From Glaucostegus cemiculus (lineage: Eukaryota): a stretch of 64,000 nt of DNA. The stretch spans positions 13,392,001 through 13,456,000 of the forward strand of contig CDPCPM010000033.1 of the NCBI GenBank assembly GCA_976551045.1. The letters run 5' to 3'. Within the stretch, counting starts at the first letter, position 1; each line of letters starts with the position of its first letter. The position numbers and the translations under genes were made by a program. Shown here in pieces: positions 47,966 through 61,950 of the stretch. The notes beneath the pieces were generated by a model. It saw only the letters and a program-made list of their open reading frames with translations. It was not told the DNA's origin and searched no databases.

Positions 47966-48285
47966 AGGTGGCACAGAGGCACAGGAGCTAGTGTTGTTGC
48001 CGCATTGTTCCAGTGTTCAATCCTGATTTCGGGTGCTGTCTGTGTGGAGTTTGCTGCTTCTCCTTGTGAGTGCTTCACTTCTATCTCCTACATCCCAAAG
48101 ACATGCTGGTAGGTTGTTTGGCCATTGTGAATTACCCCAAGTGTAGCTGGGTGGCAGGAGAATGGGGTGGGAGTAGACGTACTGCGAGAGAACAGGCTGT
48201 AATGAGATATGTGGAGGATTGGGACTAATGGGATCAGCATAGACTCAATGGGCCAAATGTCCTCCTTCTTTGTCGTAACAATGTA
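47966..48285 (+). mobile_element. tRNA-derived SINE with CR1-like tail
   Basis: ggtggcacag head, gttcaatcctga B box, gtctgtgtggagtttgc, tail atgggccaaatgtcctcctt. Confidence 0.7.
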
Positions 48286-48411
48286 TCAGAAATCGATCCA
48301 CCTCTTCCTAAGATTTACACTTTTTAACAAGTTAGGTTTCACATGCCCCTGTATGGTCAGAATATTTTCTGCAAAAGGGCAGTGGGAAATTCTACAGGAG
48401 AGCATTGCTTA

Positions 48412-48575
48412 GCAACAAAAGCAGACAACTCTGGAAGCACTCAGCAGGTCATGTAACATTTGTGTAGAGAGCAAAAGAGTTAATGTTTCGGTTCAGTGAC
48501 CTTTCAGCAGATTTGACCTGCCGAAGACTTCCAGCATTTTCTTGTTTTCTTCAGACTTCCAGTATCTGCAGTATG
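48412..48575 (-). mobile_element. Penelope-type mini-element with hammerhead relic and inverted partial copy
   Basis: Minus strand CTGCTGA-aaggt-cactga-acc-GAAACATT-aact. ctggaagcactcagcaggtca and tgacctgccgaagacttccag form inverted arms. Confidence 0.65.
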
Positions 48576-49259
48576 TGGTTTTGGATATTTCTTAGCAACT
48601 TGATTTGGGTATTCTTAAACACAGTGGGCTTCTGTCTGGGGGGGGGGATTTCCTGCTGGCTGACTCGACAGTTCAATGAATTTTGAAATGTAGTGACATA
48701 TTTTGGACCAGTTGAAGTTATCTACAAGATCTGCTTGACACATATGAAAAAGATTTAACAAACAAGTTACCACAAGATTCTTTGGGGATTCTACTAATCT
48801 CTCATCGTAATTTTGTGGGAGTTGGTAAAATCACTCCAGGAAAAAAAAAGTGGTTTCTGAAGCTTGCTGGCTGTGAGGAGGGACAAACAAATGAGAGATC
48901 CTTATAAGGAAAATGAAAATTAAAGTAAGAAACCAAGGCCTTGGGATTTCTTGCTTCCTGGCCCTGCTATTTATTGGGAGATAGTGATGGGAAGGGTGGG
49001 GTGAAACAATGTTACAGTTTCATTTGCTTGGAAAACTAGAAATGCAGTTGATAGAGAGCAATGCTGAAGGTAGTGACTCATTTTTCTGCTAGAATGAGGC
49101 ACTTATCGTCTGCAGCAGCCTGAGCTGGAAGAGCAGGGAGGAACAGTGTCAAGAGCTCTTGTTTCAGTGAGGGAGATCATAATGACTGAGGAGAAGGTGA
49201 TGGGCATTTAGGGGCTTCAGACCATAGGTTAGTTCACATGTCAGCCTGGAGTTGAGTAG

Positions 49260-49392
49260 GGTGTTGGTGTGTGTGTGCGTGTATGCACGTGTGTGTGCGC
49301 GCGCGCATGTGTGTGTGTGTGTATGAATCTGTCTGTGTGTGTGTGTGAGTGAGTGTCTTCTGTGTGTGTGCATGTGTAGGTCTGTGTGTGTA
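49260..49392. repeat. Compound (GT)n/(GC)n microsatellite
   Basis: gtgtgtgtgtgcgtgtatgcacgtgtgtgtgcgcgcgcgcatgtgtgtgtgtgtgt.. Confidence 0.9.
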
Positions 49393-52300
49393 GGTCTGTC
49401 CATTATGGCAGTGGACGGAGGGGTGCTTGGTCAATCACACAGATGGAGATGATTACACACATTAGTCTGGGCGTTGGAGGGGGGGCACTCCTACTCCTCC
49501 TGATCCTGGAAAGCCACTTAACCTGCTTGATCAGGAATTCCTGCCCACCCTTCAGCTGCCAGATTTCCTGACTTCTGAAACCTGGTCCACAACTGTTGAA
49601 GGTACAAGTCTGTGAAAACCTGAGGCATGGATCTCATTTGCACATACAAAATACTGAAGCTTTCCTCTCGCCAGCAGGTTACTTGCCTACAATGGTTGGA
49701 GTAAATTTAACTGTAGCACACTATGGACAGATTTCAGAATTTTCCTGGCAGTTGGGGGGAGTGGAAAAGAAAATTCTGCTCTATGTTTCTGTAGCAACTA
49801 TAATTGTAACTGACAGCAGATAACCTGAACTCACCAAAGACCTCAGAACTTAAAAAAAAAATTTAAAAATCCCAGATCAGCTCTACTTCTCAGGGAGTCA
49901 AGGAAAGAATGGCTGGGGCTAAAGTGGCCATGGAGAGAGGCGAATGGTAAAGTTACCTGAGCAGTTGTATGTGTCTGCAGCTTGTACCTACCAATCATTA
50001 GTCTTAAGCCTTGTCAGATCTGTGGTTGCTGCAGGGCAGCAGTAGATTCTATCTTGTTGTAACTATCAGCATCTTAAGGGATTTTGACAACCTCAGGATT
50101 TTAATTTGCGGGTTATGTTTTTGGTTCTCTGCTTCCAATTTAATCTAAGGTAACAGAATCATGCAAGATTTTGTGTATGGATGGTAGAATTAGGAGTGAT
50201 GCTTTGTGAAATGGTGTCTCTAAATGTGCCTCAGCATCTAAGTAACCTATTTATGAAAAACCTGCAATTGGATTGTGAATATTGCACGTTGTATGTGATG
50301 TGTCTGACCAATTACATAGCAATTCTGAGAACCTATTTTGGATGTGATGTGGCATCTTGTCAAATAAATAACTGGAAGATGTAATTTGTTTGGTCAGCTG
50401 CCGAATCACATCCAAAATAAATCTGTCAAGCTAAAAAGACAATCCATTTCTGAGAAACAGTACAAAGAAAGAAATTTTTAGCAGCGGCATGTCTCCCTTT
50501 CTTTTGGGGAAGATACAAAGTGTGAAGATTTCTTCCGCACATTTGTTCATAGGGCTGCCAGTTGTAAACATGCACATAATTTTGCTACACCTTTGTATCA
50601 AAGAAATCTCCCCCCACAGATTTAGGAAAAAAAAACACTGAGAAAATCTTCAGATTTCATTGAACTCTGTGAGCTCTTTGTGACCCTGTTGCCTCCATAC
50701 ACACCAGTCACAATAATCTGCCTGAAATAACTGATAAATAGGAGGAAATGCACCTGTGCATATATAATTTAAAACACATGCATCAGTGAGACCCTTGGTT
50801 TTTGTGACTCTTAACATAAATACTGTGGAGTGAAAACTGATCCATATTTTGCCCATTTTCTACGTGGAAAACAGTGCTAAAAGGAACCTACTTTGTTGCA
50901 CAATAACTTGAGGCCCACTTACACCTGCATAAAATGTATCATCATTTTATTAAGTTTCCTGAGGTGCAAGAAATAGACAGCAGTGGCCCAAAGAGAATGT
51001 CTGTTTTGCTGAAGAAGCACAGTGAACATCAACAACTCACTACACTCATTAATTAAGGACTAAAATCAATCTGAGCCTTGGACTTATGTTCCAGGCTGAG
51101 ATCACTCTCTGCATTGTCTGTTCTAATTCAACAGCATGAAAAAAAAGTCCTAGATTAAGACTTTAGAATTGGTAATTTATAAAAAAAAAAGAAACTTGCA
51201 ATGCTGTTTGTGGATGCATTTACATTAATACTGCTACAATGAACTGCTATGGTTTTGCTTCACTGTGATGCCACAATTATGGCCTGACGACAGCCTGACC
51301 ATACTGAAATGTGGGGTGACTCTGCAGAAGTTTTGCCTGTGAGCTAATTGGGATCTTATCGCTTAATGTACATTGCATAATTTTAGAATGATGTGAAGCT
51401 GAAACACTTTGCATCAACATTATAATTTTTAATGAAATTCTCTCTTAAATTAGCATCCCTTCAAAAGTTATAATTTGTAATGAATCACTCTCTTAATTTT
51501 TTTTCACAGAGCTCACCATTTGAATAGTGCTCTTGAATTTGTCTTAGATAATACAGTCTGCAAAGTTAATGATAATATAGATAAATAATTGAGCTTATCT
51601 GGAACATCAGCCTTAATGTACCACCAATTTTAGTACTGTCAGTTTCAAGACTCGCCATTATATAAGCAATTCAAGCATTTGTATTCACTGCAGTAATACA
51701 GTAATTCCCAAGCACATTAATATTTAAAAGGCAATTGAAAGAATGTTCCTTGTACTGCATCAAAAATATTACTTTAACCAGCTATAAAAGCTGCATTTGG
51801 AATACTAAGTAATCTAAGATGCAGGAATTAAGAAGAAGGAACAGAGATGTGCAACATTATTTATTTGACTAGAATGCAATGATAAGAGTCTGCAGGGTGA
51901 AAAATTTACGGATGGAAGAGATGGAATGGTGAAAAAACACAATTACAATGTACCTACAATCAGCAGGTCTTGCATTACCATGAAATATGACAAAAATCAA
52001 GGACTATAGGATTTAATCTAATTTCAGATATAATACATCTTTTGTATTAACATAAGGATCAAAAGCAGCATTCCCAATACACCTCTAATGTAATATGATA
52101 CGTAAGGGACTAAGTACAGTGTATATGTAAAAAAGAGCAACATCACCAAATGATGCAACTGATCACAGGTATACTATTGTGCACATATATGCAGTTTGCA
52201 CTCTCCATGTTTCTCAGGTATTATTCTGTGCACTTTGCATGTCATATCACTACAGACTAGAAACCACCTGGGGCTTATGTGTCACACTGGCAGTGAGGAT

Positions 52301-53862
52301 GGAATTAAATTAAGCATCCCAAAACAATAAAATTGTCGACTACATTGAGCAATTGATAGGATAAATCTAAAAAAATGAATAGTCCAATAATTTAACTGTG
52401 CAGATTTGAAGTGACAGACTCAAGCTTAGACTCAAGCAGAGGAGAAATAAAGTTAAGTGCATGCAGATTATCAGCTACAATTAATGTAACTGTTAAAGTG
52501 GGAATGACGCAAGATGGCAACTTAGGTCCAATTTAGCTACATTTGGAACAGTGCTAGTGGTAATACACAGGAGCCCTTCAGTTCTTCCATAGTGTGGATG
52601 GACATGTTTTTTGGGACAGATAATGTTGTTTAAACTGAGGAAAAGGGTGAAAGTTTTCTGCTGAAAACATAACCATAAGAGAGTTTAAGAACGTAATTTT
52701 TTTTGCCAGTAATAGGTGTGGAGATTTGGGCCACTTTGGCAGAGGTCCTGATACCATACAAGAAAACGGATGTGGCAGTCGATGAGATGAAGGTGAGCTT
52801 GTAGAATCAATATATTGATATTACATAAAGTTACAAAATATTTCTGTACTTTTGGAGATCACAGAAAGCTATAATTTAAAGGCAAATACCAAAAGTCAAA
52901 TAAGAGTGATCATATAGATGTGTTGAAGAAACTCCCCCAACGTTGTAATTTTGATACCTTCCTGAACCAAGTACTGTGGGACAAGCCTGTGTGCAGTTTA
53001 ACAGACAATCAAGTCTGATTTGAGCTATTAAATACACAAGGTTTAATGTTTTAACACATATGTAGAATTTGATGGACATGGCTTCCAAAAATGATAAAGA
53101 ATTTCTACTGGTGTAGCAACGGCAGGAGCTCCAATACTAAGCCCGAGTCACCTGCGTGAGGATGATAAAGATGGAAAATGTGGAAATATGCATGTGGAAA
53201 ATGCTGCCACCAATGTAACGAAGGGTATTCAGCACAAGTATGCCAGTTTAAAGTATGCCTGATTAAAAGACAAAAGTCATGCCATCTGAATATGTAAGGC
53301 TAAACCTATGATTGAAAGCCAAAATACAGACAGCAAAGCATGTTCTCAATTTAAGGGCAACTTAAATCAAACACACAGAAGGGAGGTTTATATGATTTTG
53401 AAGCTGTTGAGAAAGGCGAAGAAGAGCTTAAACAGAGTATTTGCTACTGGCAACAATGAAAGGTTAGACTAAGCTCTGCAGTGGGCAGTTGGGGACTTCC
53501 ACCTGTCCACCCTCTGTGAGGCAGAGCAGGCACTTACAACATTTGTGTTTGTGGACTGCAACCAGAAGGTAGAGATAGGCTGGAGGTCAGATACTGACAC
53601 TCCTGAGCTCTCACTCAGTGAACCTGACAGCAGTTCTGGATCATCCGTAGGTGAGGGACCTCCATATCTGGCCCCTCAGCATTACATCCATTATGACTGG
53701 ACAGAAACAATTCAAAGTCAACTTTCAATAAAAAAAAAGTTCAAGTTAAGCTTTTGTTTTTTTATTCCACTTTAAATCTGTGTTTTTAATTGATTTACAA
53801 TAGTGTATTTTTACAAATTTAGTTAGTTTATTTTTAATTATATTTTATATCATTTCTATTTG

Positions 53863-54605
53863 TAGACTAGTGAGTCTTACATCAGTGGTGAGCAAACTAT
53901 TGGAGGGGATTCTTAAGGACAGGATTTATGAGCATTTGGAGAAGCATAGTCTTATTAGGGATTGCCAACATAGCTTTGTGAAGGTCAGGTCGTGCCTCAC
54001 AAGCCTAATAGAGTTTTTTGAGGAAGTGACAAGACAAATTAATGAAGGTAGAGCAGTAGATGTGGTGTATATGGATTTTAGGAAGGCGTTTGACAAGGTT
54101 ACCTATGGTAGGCTCATTCAGAAAGTTATAAGATCCATGGAAAATTGGCTGTGTGGTTTTGAAATTGGCTTGCCCACAGAAGGCAGAAGGTGGTTGTAGA
54201 AGGGGAATATTCAACCTGGAGGTCAGTGACCAGTGGTGTTCCACAGGGATCTGTTCTAGGACCACGGTTCTTTGTGATTTTTATAATTGATTTGGATGAG
54301 TAAGTGGAAGGATTGATTGCTAAGTTTGTAGATGACACAAAGGTTGGTGCTGTAGTAGATAGTGTAGAAGGTTGTGGTAGGTTGCAACAGGATTTAGACA
54401 GGGTGCAGAGCTGGGCAGAGAAGTGGCAGATGGAGTTCAATGCTGAGAAGTGTGAAGTGATACACTTTCGAAGAACAAACTTGAAGGCAGAGTACATGGT
54501 TAATGGCAGGATTCTTAGCAATGTGGAGGAACAGAGAGATCTTGGGGTCCAAGAACATAGATTCCTCAAATCTGATGAACAAGTGGATAGGGAGATAAGA
54601 AAGTG
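53863..54605 (+). mobile_element. CR1 RT fragment
   Basis: SLTSVVSKLLE..QHSF..DFRKAFDKV..KFVDDTK..WQMEFN. Truncated at both ends. Confidence 0.9.
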
Positions 54606-55985
54606 TATTGAATGACTCTCAATTGTCTGACTCTGTGTGTAGTTTTTGTATTTTTAATGATTTCTGAGTGATTTTGCATGTTTGTAATTTACTGTACATA
54701 TTATAATTTTTTTAAATTACATTCATTTCAATAGATTTTATATATTTGACCCTCAGAGGTATTTAAAAACTCTTCCATGACACCTTTAGCAGGAATTGAA
54801 GCTCTGTCCCAAGCTTCACTTTCTCCCAAAGGCTATCAGGGGTATTCCAAGGAAAGCGTTTCAATATCATGCTTTTTGAGACTTTCTTGCAAGTGAGGCT
54901 TCACTTTGCCTTACCAGGTATCTCCAGGATCCAGAGGCCCAGTGAGATTTCACCTACTTATTCATATCAGGTAAGTGGAAGTGTGCGGTGGGCAACATTT
55001 CATCCAGCACACTTTGTGTTCACCGAGACCATGGAACAACCAGTTCAACTTTCTGACAGATTCTTCTGTACCTAATCCACTTTTAAAGGCAAATCATTTT
55101 AACAATATTAATTACTGCCCCCAATTTTAATCTTAGTTGTCTAAAATTGTTTTAAGTAATTTACTGGCATTGAAATATAATTTTAAAGAGGTATGATTGA
55201 ATATTATTTGCATAACTATTGTTACATTTTATAAATAGCTTGGTTTTACAATGGGAATTGACATTCCTTGGAACACTGCCTTTATGATCCAGCCAAAAAA
55301 AGCACATTCAAAATCTGCATGTTACAAAGAATGGGCGTCATATGTTTTCAGATGGAAAGCAACATTGAACTTGATTTTAACCTTGCTAGCAGTCTTACTG
55401 CATGTCCACATACAGTAAGTGCCAGTGTCCAAATTGATATTTTATCTGTATATTGGAATCTGCCTTCAACGTTACTGAAATCTGACCAATTCGGATCTCA
55501 AGGTCAAAAACCATTTTACATGTGTTTTTTTAAGGTGAGTTTCAAAGTATATATTGGGGGCAGGGCATTTTGTACACTGTCAATGTGAAAAGTTTAGTGT
55601 TCGCAAGAAAAATCTATCATTATATTCTTGACCCCTGTTGTTTGTGTCAGAAGCCAGAAACTTGTCACCAAAGATTGGGGAAGAAGTCATATTTTGGTCA
55701 TGAGTACTAAAAGCGTGTGTGAGAATTGCCCACTGCTTGTACTTGTGTCAGGCATTTTGTTCCATTGAAGTCAATCGACAAAATGTATGATGGTATGCAC
55801 AACACGCAAGCAATATTCTCACATATATTTAGCAATGGACACACTTCTTCTACAATATGTTTTAAATCTTATTTAATAGTGTCCATTGTTGTACTGTTTT
55901 CACTTCTCATTCAAGGCTTTTCTAGGCACTTTTTACCTGATGTTGTGGTACCTCCATAAAACTTAACATTTCTATTCCTTGTAAG

Positions 55986-56163
55986 CAAACATTGCTAGGT
56001 CTATAGCACCATGTACTACTGTACAATGAGGAAGAAAGATCTGAAATAATTACAGTACAATGTACCAGTAACATTAAAACAGAAGAAATGTTCAAGAGCA
56101 GCATGCACCTGACAAGGTTGTGAATTTTGAAACAGTGTGAGTTAGTGAAATGCATATGTTGGT
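55986..56163 (+). repeat. Copy 1 of a ~175-bp dispersed direct duplication
   Basis: caaacattgctaggtctatagca..gaggaagaaagatctga..ttacagtacaatgtaccagtaacattaaaacaga..tgcatatgttggt, repeated at 62338-62509. Confidence 0.9.
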
Positions 56164-56394
56164 TTAAAAATCCAAGCCATCATAAAATATAAACTGTATT
56201 ATTCCACTTGCCTGGGGGTGCTGACTTTGCTGTGTTTATGGCCACTAGCCTATCTGGCACCATGCCCAAGTGGCTATTTCTCACATATGCTCAAACTACC
56301 CTTCCACTTACTAACCTAGGACTAATAAAGCAATGGTTGAACTTGTACTGGCCAAAATAAGAATTCGGCCAAGATTAATCCTCAGTCCTTCCTG

Positions 56395-59300
56395 ATAGTC
56401 CATTGAGAACAAAGTTGATGAACTAAGGGCAAGACTGACCTACCAAAGAGAACTGAGGGACTGTTGTGTACTATGTCTCACTGAAATGTGGCTTACACCT
56501 GCCTCACCTGACTGTGCTATTCAGCCTGAGGGCTTCTCAATTCATCGAATGGATTGTACAGTGTCCTCAGGCAAAGTTAAAGGTGGAAGGGTCTGCTTCT
56601 TAATCAGTAACTTATGGTGCTTGGACGTGACAGACCTGGTGAGCTCCTGCTCATCCAGCCTGGAATATCTAACGGTGAAGTGTCGACCATTCTATCTGCT
56701 AAGGAGTTCACTTCAGCTATCCTGATGGCAGTCTACATCCCACCACAGACGGACATGAAGCCTGCACTCAATGGCTATAGTCCATGGTCAACAGCCCCGA
56801 GACAGGATACCCTGAGGCTCTCTTTATTAATGCAGGTGACTTTAATCAGGCCAACATCAAGAGTGTGTTACCTAAATGCTATCAACACATCTCCTGCTCC
56901 ACCAGGGGCACTAACACCCTTGACCGTTGTTATACAACCATCAAAGATGCCTTCCGATCCACCCCTCATCCTCACTTTGGGAAATCAGACAACCAGGCTG
57001 TGCTTCTTCTCCCTGCATACAAATGGAAACTGAAATGGGAGGATCCGGTACGGAGAATTGTGCAGTGCCGGTCTGAGGAAGCGGATGAGCTCCTATGTGA
57101 CTGCTTTGAGACAGTGAACTGCTCCATGTTCAAAGACTCAGCTGCCAGCTTGATGAGTATGCCACCACCATCACAGACTTTATCAGCAAGTGTGTGGAGG
57201 ACTGTGTACCAAAGAAGACAATACAGGTGTTCCCAGACAGGAAACCATGGATGAACCGGGAGATCCACTCCCTACTGAAGGCGAGGACTGCTGCACACAG
57301 ATCTGGTGATCCTGATCTGTACAAGAAATCGAGCTATGACCTTTGGAAAGCTATAAGGAATGCCAAGAGACAATACCAACTCAAAATAGAGTCCCATACC
57401 AGCCATCGGTTATGGCAGGGCTTACATGCTATAACAGGCTACAAGATAAAGATGGGCTGCTATCACAGCGTGTCCCTTCCTGATGAACTTAATGCATTCT
57501 ATGCACGGTTTGAACGGAAGAGAAGTGGATTGTCACCATCCACCCTGACAGTCTCTAATGCATCTGCACCTGTGATCACAGTGGAGGACGTAAGATCAGT
57601 TTCCCGGAGAGTGAACACGAGGAAAGCACCTGGCCCAGATGGTGTCCTTGGCCATGTGCTCAGATCTTGTGCTGATCAGCTGGCAGAAGTATTTGCGGAG
57701 TGGGTATTGAACATTCCTGGTTTTCAGTGTTTTAAAAAGGATAGGGAGGGGGGGAGAAGAGGAGGAGGGGTGGCGATATTGGTCAGGGATGATGTTACGG
57801 CTGCGGAAAGGGCTGAGTTTGCGGAAGGATCCTCTTTCGAGTCGGTGTGGGTGGAAGTGAGGAATAGGAAAAGTGTGGTTACGCTGCTGGGAGTATACTA
57901 TAGGCCCCCAGGTAGCAGTAGGGATATAGAGGAGCAGATTGGCAGGCAGTGCTTGGACAGAAGCAAAGATAATAGGGTTGTAATAATGGGTGATTTCAAC
58001 TTCCCGAATATAGACTGGGACATGCTCAGTGCCAGAGGTTTGGATGGGAATGAGTTTGTTAAGTGTGTCCAGGATGGATTTCTAGAGCAGTATGTTGACA
58101 AACCGACTAGAGGGAATGCTGTGTTGGATCTGGTCTTAGGAAATGAACCAGGACAGGTGAGAGATCTACTAGTGGGTGAGCCTCTGGGAGACAGTGATCA
58201 TTCCTCGATAAGCTTTAGAATTGTCATGGACAGGCATAAGTGCAGGGAGCGTAGGAAGATATTCAATTGGGGTAGGGCAGACTATGAGGCTATAAGGAAA
58301 GAGCTTGGGAGTGTAAATTGGGAAGTCCTTTTTGAGGGGATGTGTACTGTAGAGATGTGGACGTTGTTCAGGGATGTTTTACAGGATGTTGGGGACAGAT
58401 ATGTTCCGGCAAGACGGAGGAAGAATGGAATAGTGAAGGAACTGTGGGTGACAAGAGAGGTAGAAAGACTGGTTAGGAGGAAGAAGGAGGCTTACGTAAG
58501 GTGTAAGTGGCAAGGCTCTGATGTGGCCCGTGAGGAGTATAGTATAGTGAGAAGGGAACTTAAGAAAGAGCTGAGGAGAGCTAGAAGGGGACATGAAAAG
58601 ATGTTGGCTCGTAGGGTTAAGGAAAATCCCAAGGCTTTTTTCTCTTATGTGAAGGGCAGAAGGATGACTAGGGTAAAGGTAGGGCCTATTAAGGACAAAG
58701 GTGGGAGGATGTGCCTGGAGGCGGCAGAGGTAGGGGAGGTACTTAATGAATACTTCTCCTCTGTATTCACCAAGGAGAGGGGCCTTGATGATGTGACGGT
58801 GAGTGCTGACAAGGGTAATATTCTTGAGTATGTAGCTATAGAGAGGGAGGAGGTGATGAAATTGTTAAGTAGTATCAAGACTGATAAGTCTCCGGGGCCC
58901 GATGGAATATTCCCCAGGCTGCTTCGGGAGGCGAGGGAGGAGATTCTTGATCCGCTGGTGAGGATCTTTGAGTCCTCGTTGTCCACGGGGATGGTGCCGG
59001 AGGATTGGCGGGTAGCGGATGTTGTTCCCTTGTTTAAGAAGGGCAGTAGAGATAGTCCGGGAAATTACAGACCGGTGAGCCTCACGTCTGTGGTAGGTAA
59101 GCTGTTGGAAAGGATTTTGAGGGACAGGATCTATGAGCACTTGGAGAGTCATGGACTGATTAGGGACAGTCAGCATGGCTTTGTGAAGGGAAGATCTTGC
59201 CTCACGAGCCTGATAGAGTTCTTTGAGGAGGTGACGAGGAAGCTTGATGAGGGCAGGGCGGTGGATGTAGTGTATATGGATTTTAGTAAGGCGTTCGATA

Positions 59301-61950
59301 AGGTTCCTCATGGCAGGCTTCTTCAGAAGGTCAGAGGTCGAGGTATCCAGGGGAGGTTGGCTGTGTGGATAAGAAATTGGCTTTCCTGTAGAAGGCAGAG
59401 GGTTATGGTGGAGGGAGTGCCCTCGGATTGGAGGGCTGTGACTAGTGGAGTCCCGCAGGGATCGGTTCTGGGGCCTCTACTCTTTGTTATATTCATAGAT
59501 GATTTGGATGAAGGAGTGGAGGGATGGGTTGGTAAGTTTGCAGATGACACCAAGATCGGTGGTGTGGTAGATAGTGTGGAGGACTGTAGGAGCTTACAGG
59601 GGGATATTGATAGGATGCAGAAATGGGCTGACAGGTGGCAGATGGAGTTTAATCCGGAGAAGTGTGAGGTGGTGCACTTTGGGAGGACAAACTCCAGGAC
59701 AGAGTATAAGGTAAATGGTAAGGTTCTTGGCAGTGTAGAGGAGCAGAGGGATCTGGGGGTTCATATCCACAGTTCGCTCAAAGTTGCCTCGCAGGTGGAT
59801 AGGGCTGTTAAGAAGGCTTATGGGATGTTGGCTTTTATAAATAAAGGGATTGAGTTCAAGAGCAGAGAGGTGATGATGCTGCTTTACAAAACTCTAGTTA
59901 GGCCGCACTTGGAATATTGTGTTCAGTTTTGGTCGCCGCATTATAGGAAGGATGTGGAGGCGTTGGAGAGGGTGCAGAGGCGTTTTACCAGGATGATGCC
60001 TGGATTGGAGGGTATGGAATATAAAGAGAGGCTTAAGGTGCTAGGGCTCTACTCATTAGAGAGGAGGAGGATGAGAGGGGACTTGATAGAGGTGTTTAAG
60101 ATATTGAGAGGAATAGATAGAGTTAATAGTCAGCGCCTCTTTCCCAGAGCGCAGATGCTCAAGACGAGAGGGCATGCCTTTAAGATAATTGGTGGAAAGT
60201 ATAGGGGAGATGTCAGAGGGAAGTTTTTCACCCAGAGAGTGGTTGGTGCATGGAATGCACTGCCTGGGGTGGTAGTGGAGGCAGATACGTTGGACAGGTT
60301 TAAGAGATTGTTAGATAAGCACATGGAAGAATGTGGAATAGTAGGATATGAGGGTGGAAAGAGTTAGTTTGGGAGATGTTTGTAGGATGGCACAGCTTGA
60401 TGGGCCAAAGGGCCTGTTCTGTGCTGTATTGTTCTATTGTTCTATTGTTCTATTGTTCATATTTAACCTCTCCCTGCTTCAGTCTCAGGTTCCTACCTGT
60501 TTTAAGAAGACTACTATCATCCCGGTATTTAAAAAAAGCAAGGTAACATGCCTCAATGACTACCGGCCAGTGGCTCTGACATCCACCATCATGAAGTGCT
60601 TTGAGAGGCTGTTCATGGCACGTATCAACTCTAGCCTACCAGACAACCTTGACCCACTGCAATTTACCTATTGCCAAAACAGGTCTACAGCAGATGCCAT
60701 CTCCCTGGCCCGACACTCAGCTCTGAAGCACCTAGACAGTAAAGACATCTATGTTAGACTATTGTTTATTGACTACAGCTCTGCCTTCAATACAATAATC
60801 CCAAGCAAGCTTGTCACCAATCTCCCAGACCTAGGACTCAACACCTTCCTCTGTAACTGGATCCTTGACTTTCTAACCAACAGACTGCAATCAGTGAGGA
60901 TAGGCATCAATACCTCTAGCACGATTATTCTCAACACTGGTGCCCCACAAGGCTGCATCCTCAGCCCTCTACTCTAATCCCTATACACTCATAACTGTGT
61001 GCCCAGATTCTGCTCTAACTCCATCTACAAGTTTGCAGATGATTCCACCATTGTAGGCTGTATTTAAAACAGCAATGAGTTAGAGTACATGAAGGAGATA
61101 GAGAGCTTAGTGAAATGGTGTCATGACAACAACCTTGCCCTCAATGTCAACAAAAGAGCTCGTCATTGACTTCAGGAAAGGGGATGGTGTACATGCACCT
61201 GTCTATATCGATGGTGCTGAGGTCGAGAGGTTTGAGAGCTTCAAGTTTCTAGGAGTGAACATCACCAATAGCCTGTCCTGGTCAAATCACGTAGAAGCCA
61301 CAGCCAAGAAAGCTCACCAACAGCTCTACTTCCTCAGGAGGCTAAAGAAATTTGGTTTGTCCCTTTTGACTTTCACCAATTTTTACCGATGCACCATAGA
61401 AAGCATCCTATCTGGATGTATCACGGCTTGGTATGGCAACTGCTCTGCCCAGGACCGCAAGAAACTGCAGAGAGTTGTGGACACAGCCCAGAGCATCACA
61501 GACACCAGCCTCCCCTCCTTAGACTTTGTCTTTACCTCTCACTGTCTTGATGAAGCAGCCAGCATAATCAAAGACCCCACCCACCTGGGTCATTCTCTCT
61601 TCCCTCCTCTTCCATCGGGAAGAAGATACAGGAGCCTGAGGGCATGTACCACCAGACTTAAGGACAGCTTTCTACCCCACTGTGACAAGACTATTGAACA
61701 GTTCCCTTATACAATGAAATGGACTATGACTTCATGATCTATGTTGTTGTGACCTTGCATCTTATTGCAATGCACTTTCTCTGTATCTGGGACACTTTAC
61801 TCCTGTACTGTTATTGTTTTTACCTGTATTACATCAATGGTCTCTGTACTAACTCAATGTAACTGCACTGTTTAATGAATTGCCCTGTACGATTGGTATG
61901 CAAGACAAGTCTTTCACTGTACCTCAGTACAAGTGACAATAATAACCAAA
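56395..61950 (+). mobile_element. Near full-length degenerate Rex1/Babar LINE (EN + RT) split by a CR1 insertion
   Basis: CLTEMWL, AGDFN, TLDRCY, SDNQAV, KAPGPDG..CADQLAEVFA|[44 protein letters not shown]. 3'UTR ..gtgacaataataaccaaa. Confidence 0.92.
57700..60458 (+). mobile_element. Young 5'-truncated CR1 LINE with uninterrupted ORF2 (partial EN + complete RT)
   Basis: About 890 codons without a stop to 60367. GDFN, SDH, GPDG, NYRPVSL, QHGF, DFSKAFD, GVPQGS, FADD. Tail (tattgttc)x4 at 60427-60458. Confidence 0.96.

Noticed and set aside
57194-60367. Novel 1057-aa host gene
   Set aside because: Entirely explained by Rex1 plus CR1 ORF2 sequence.
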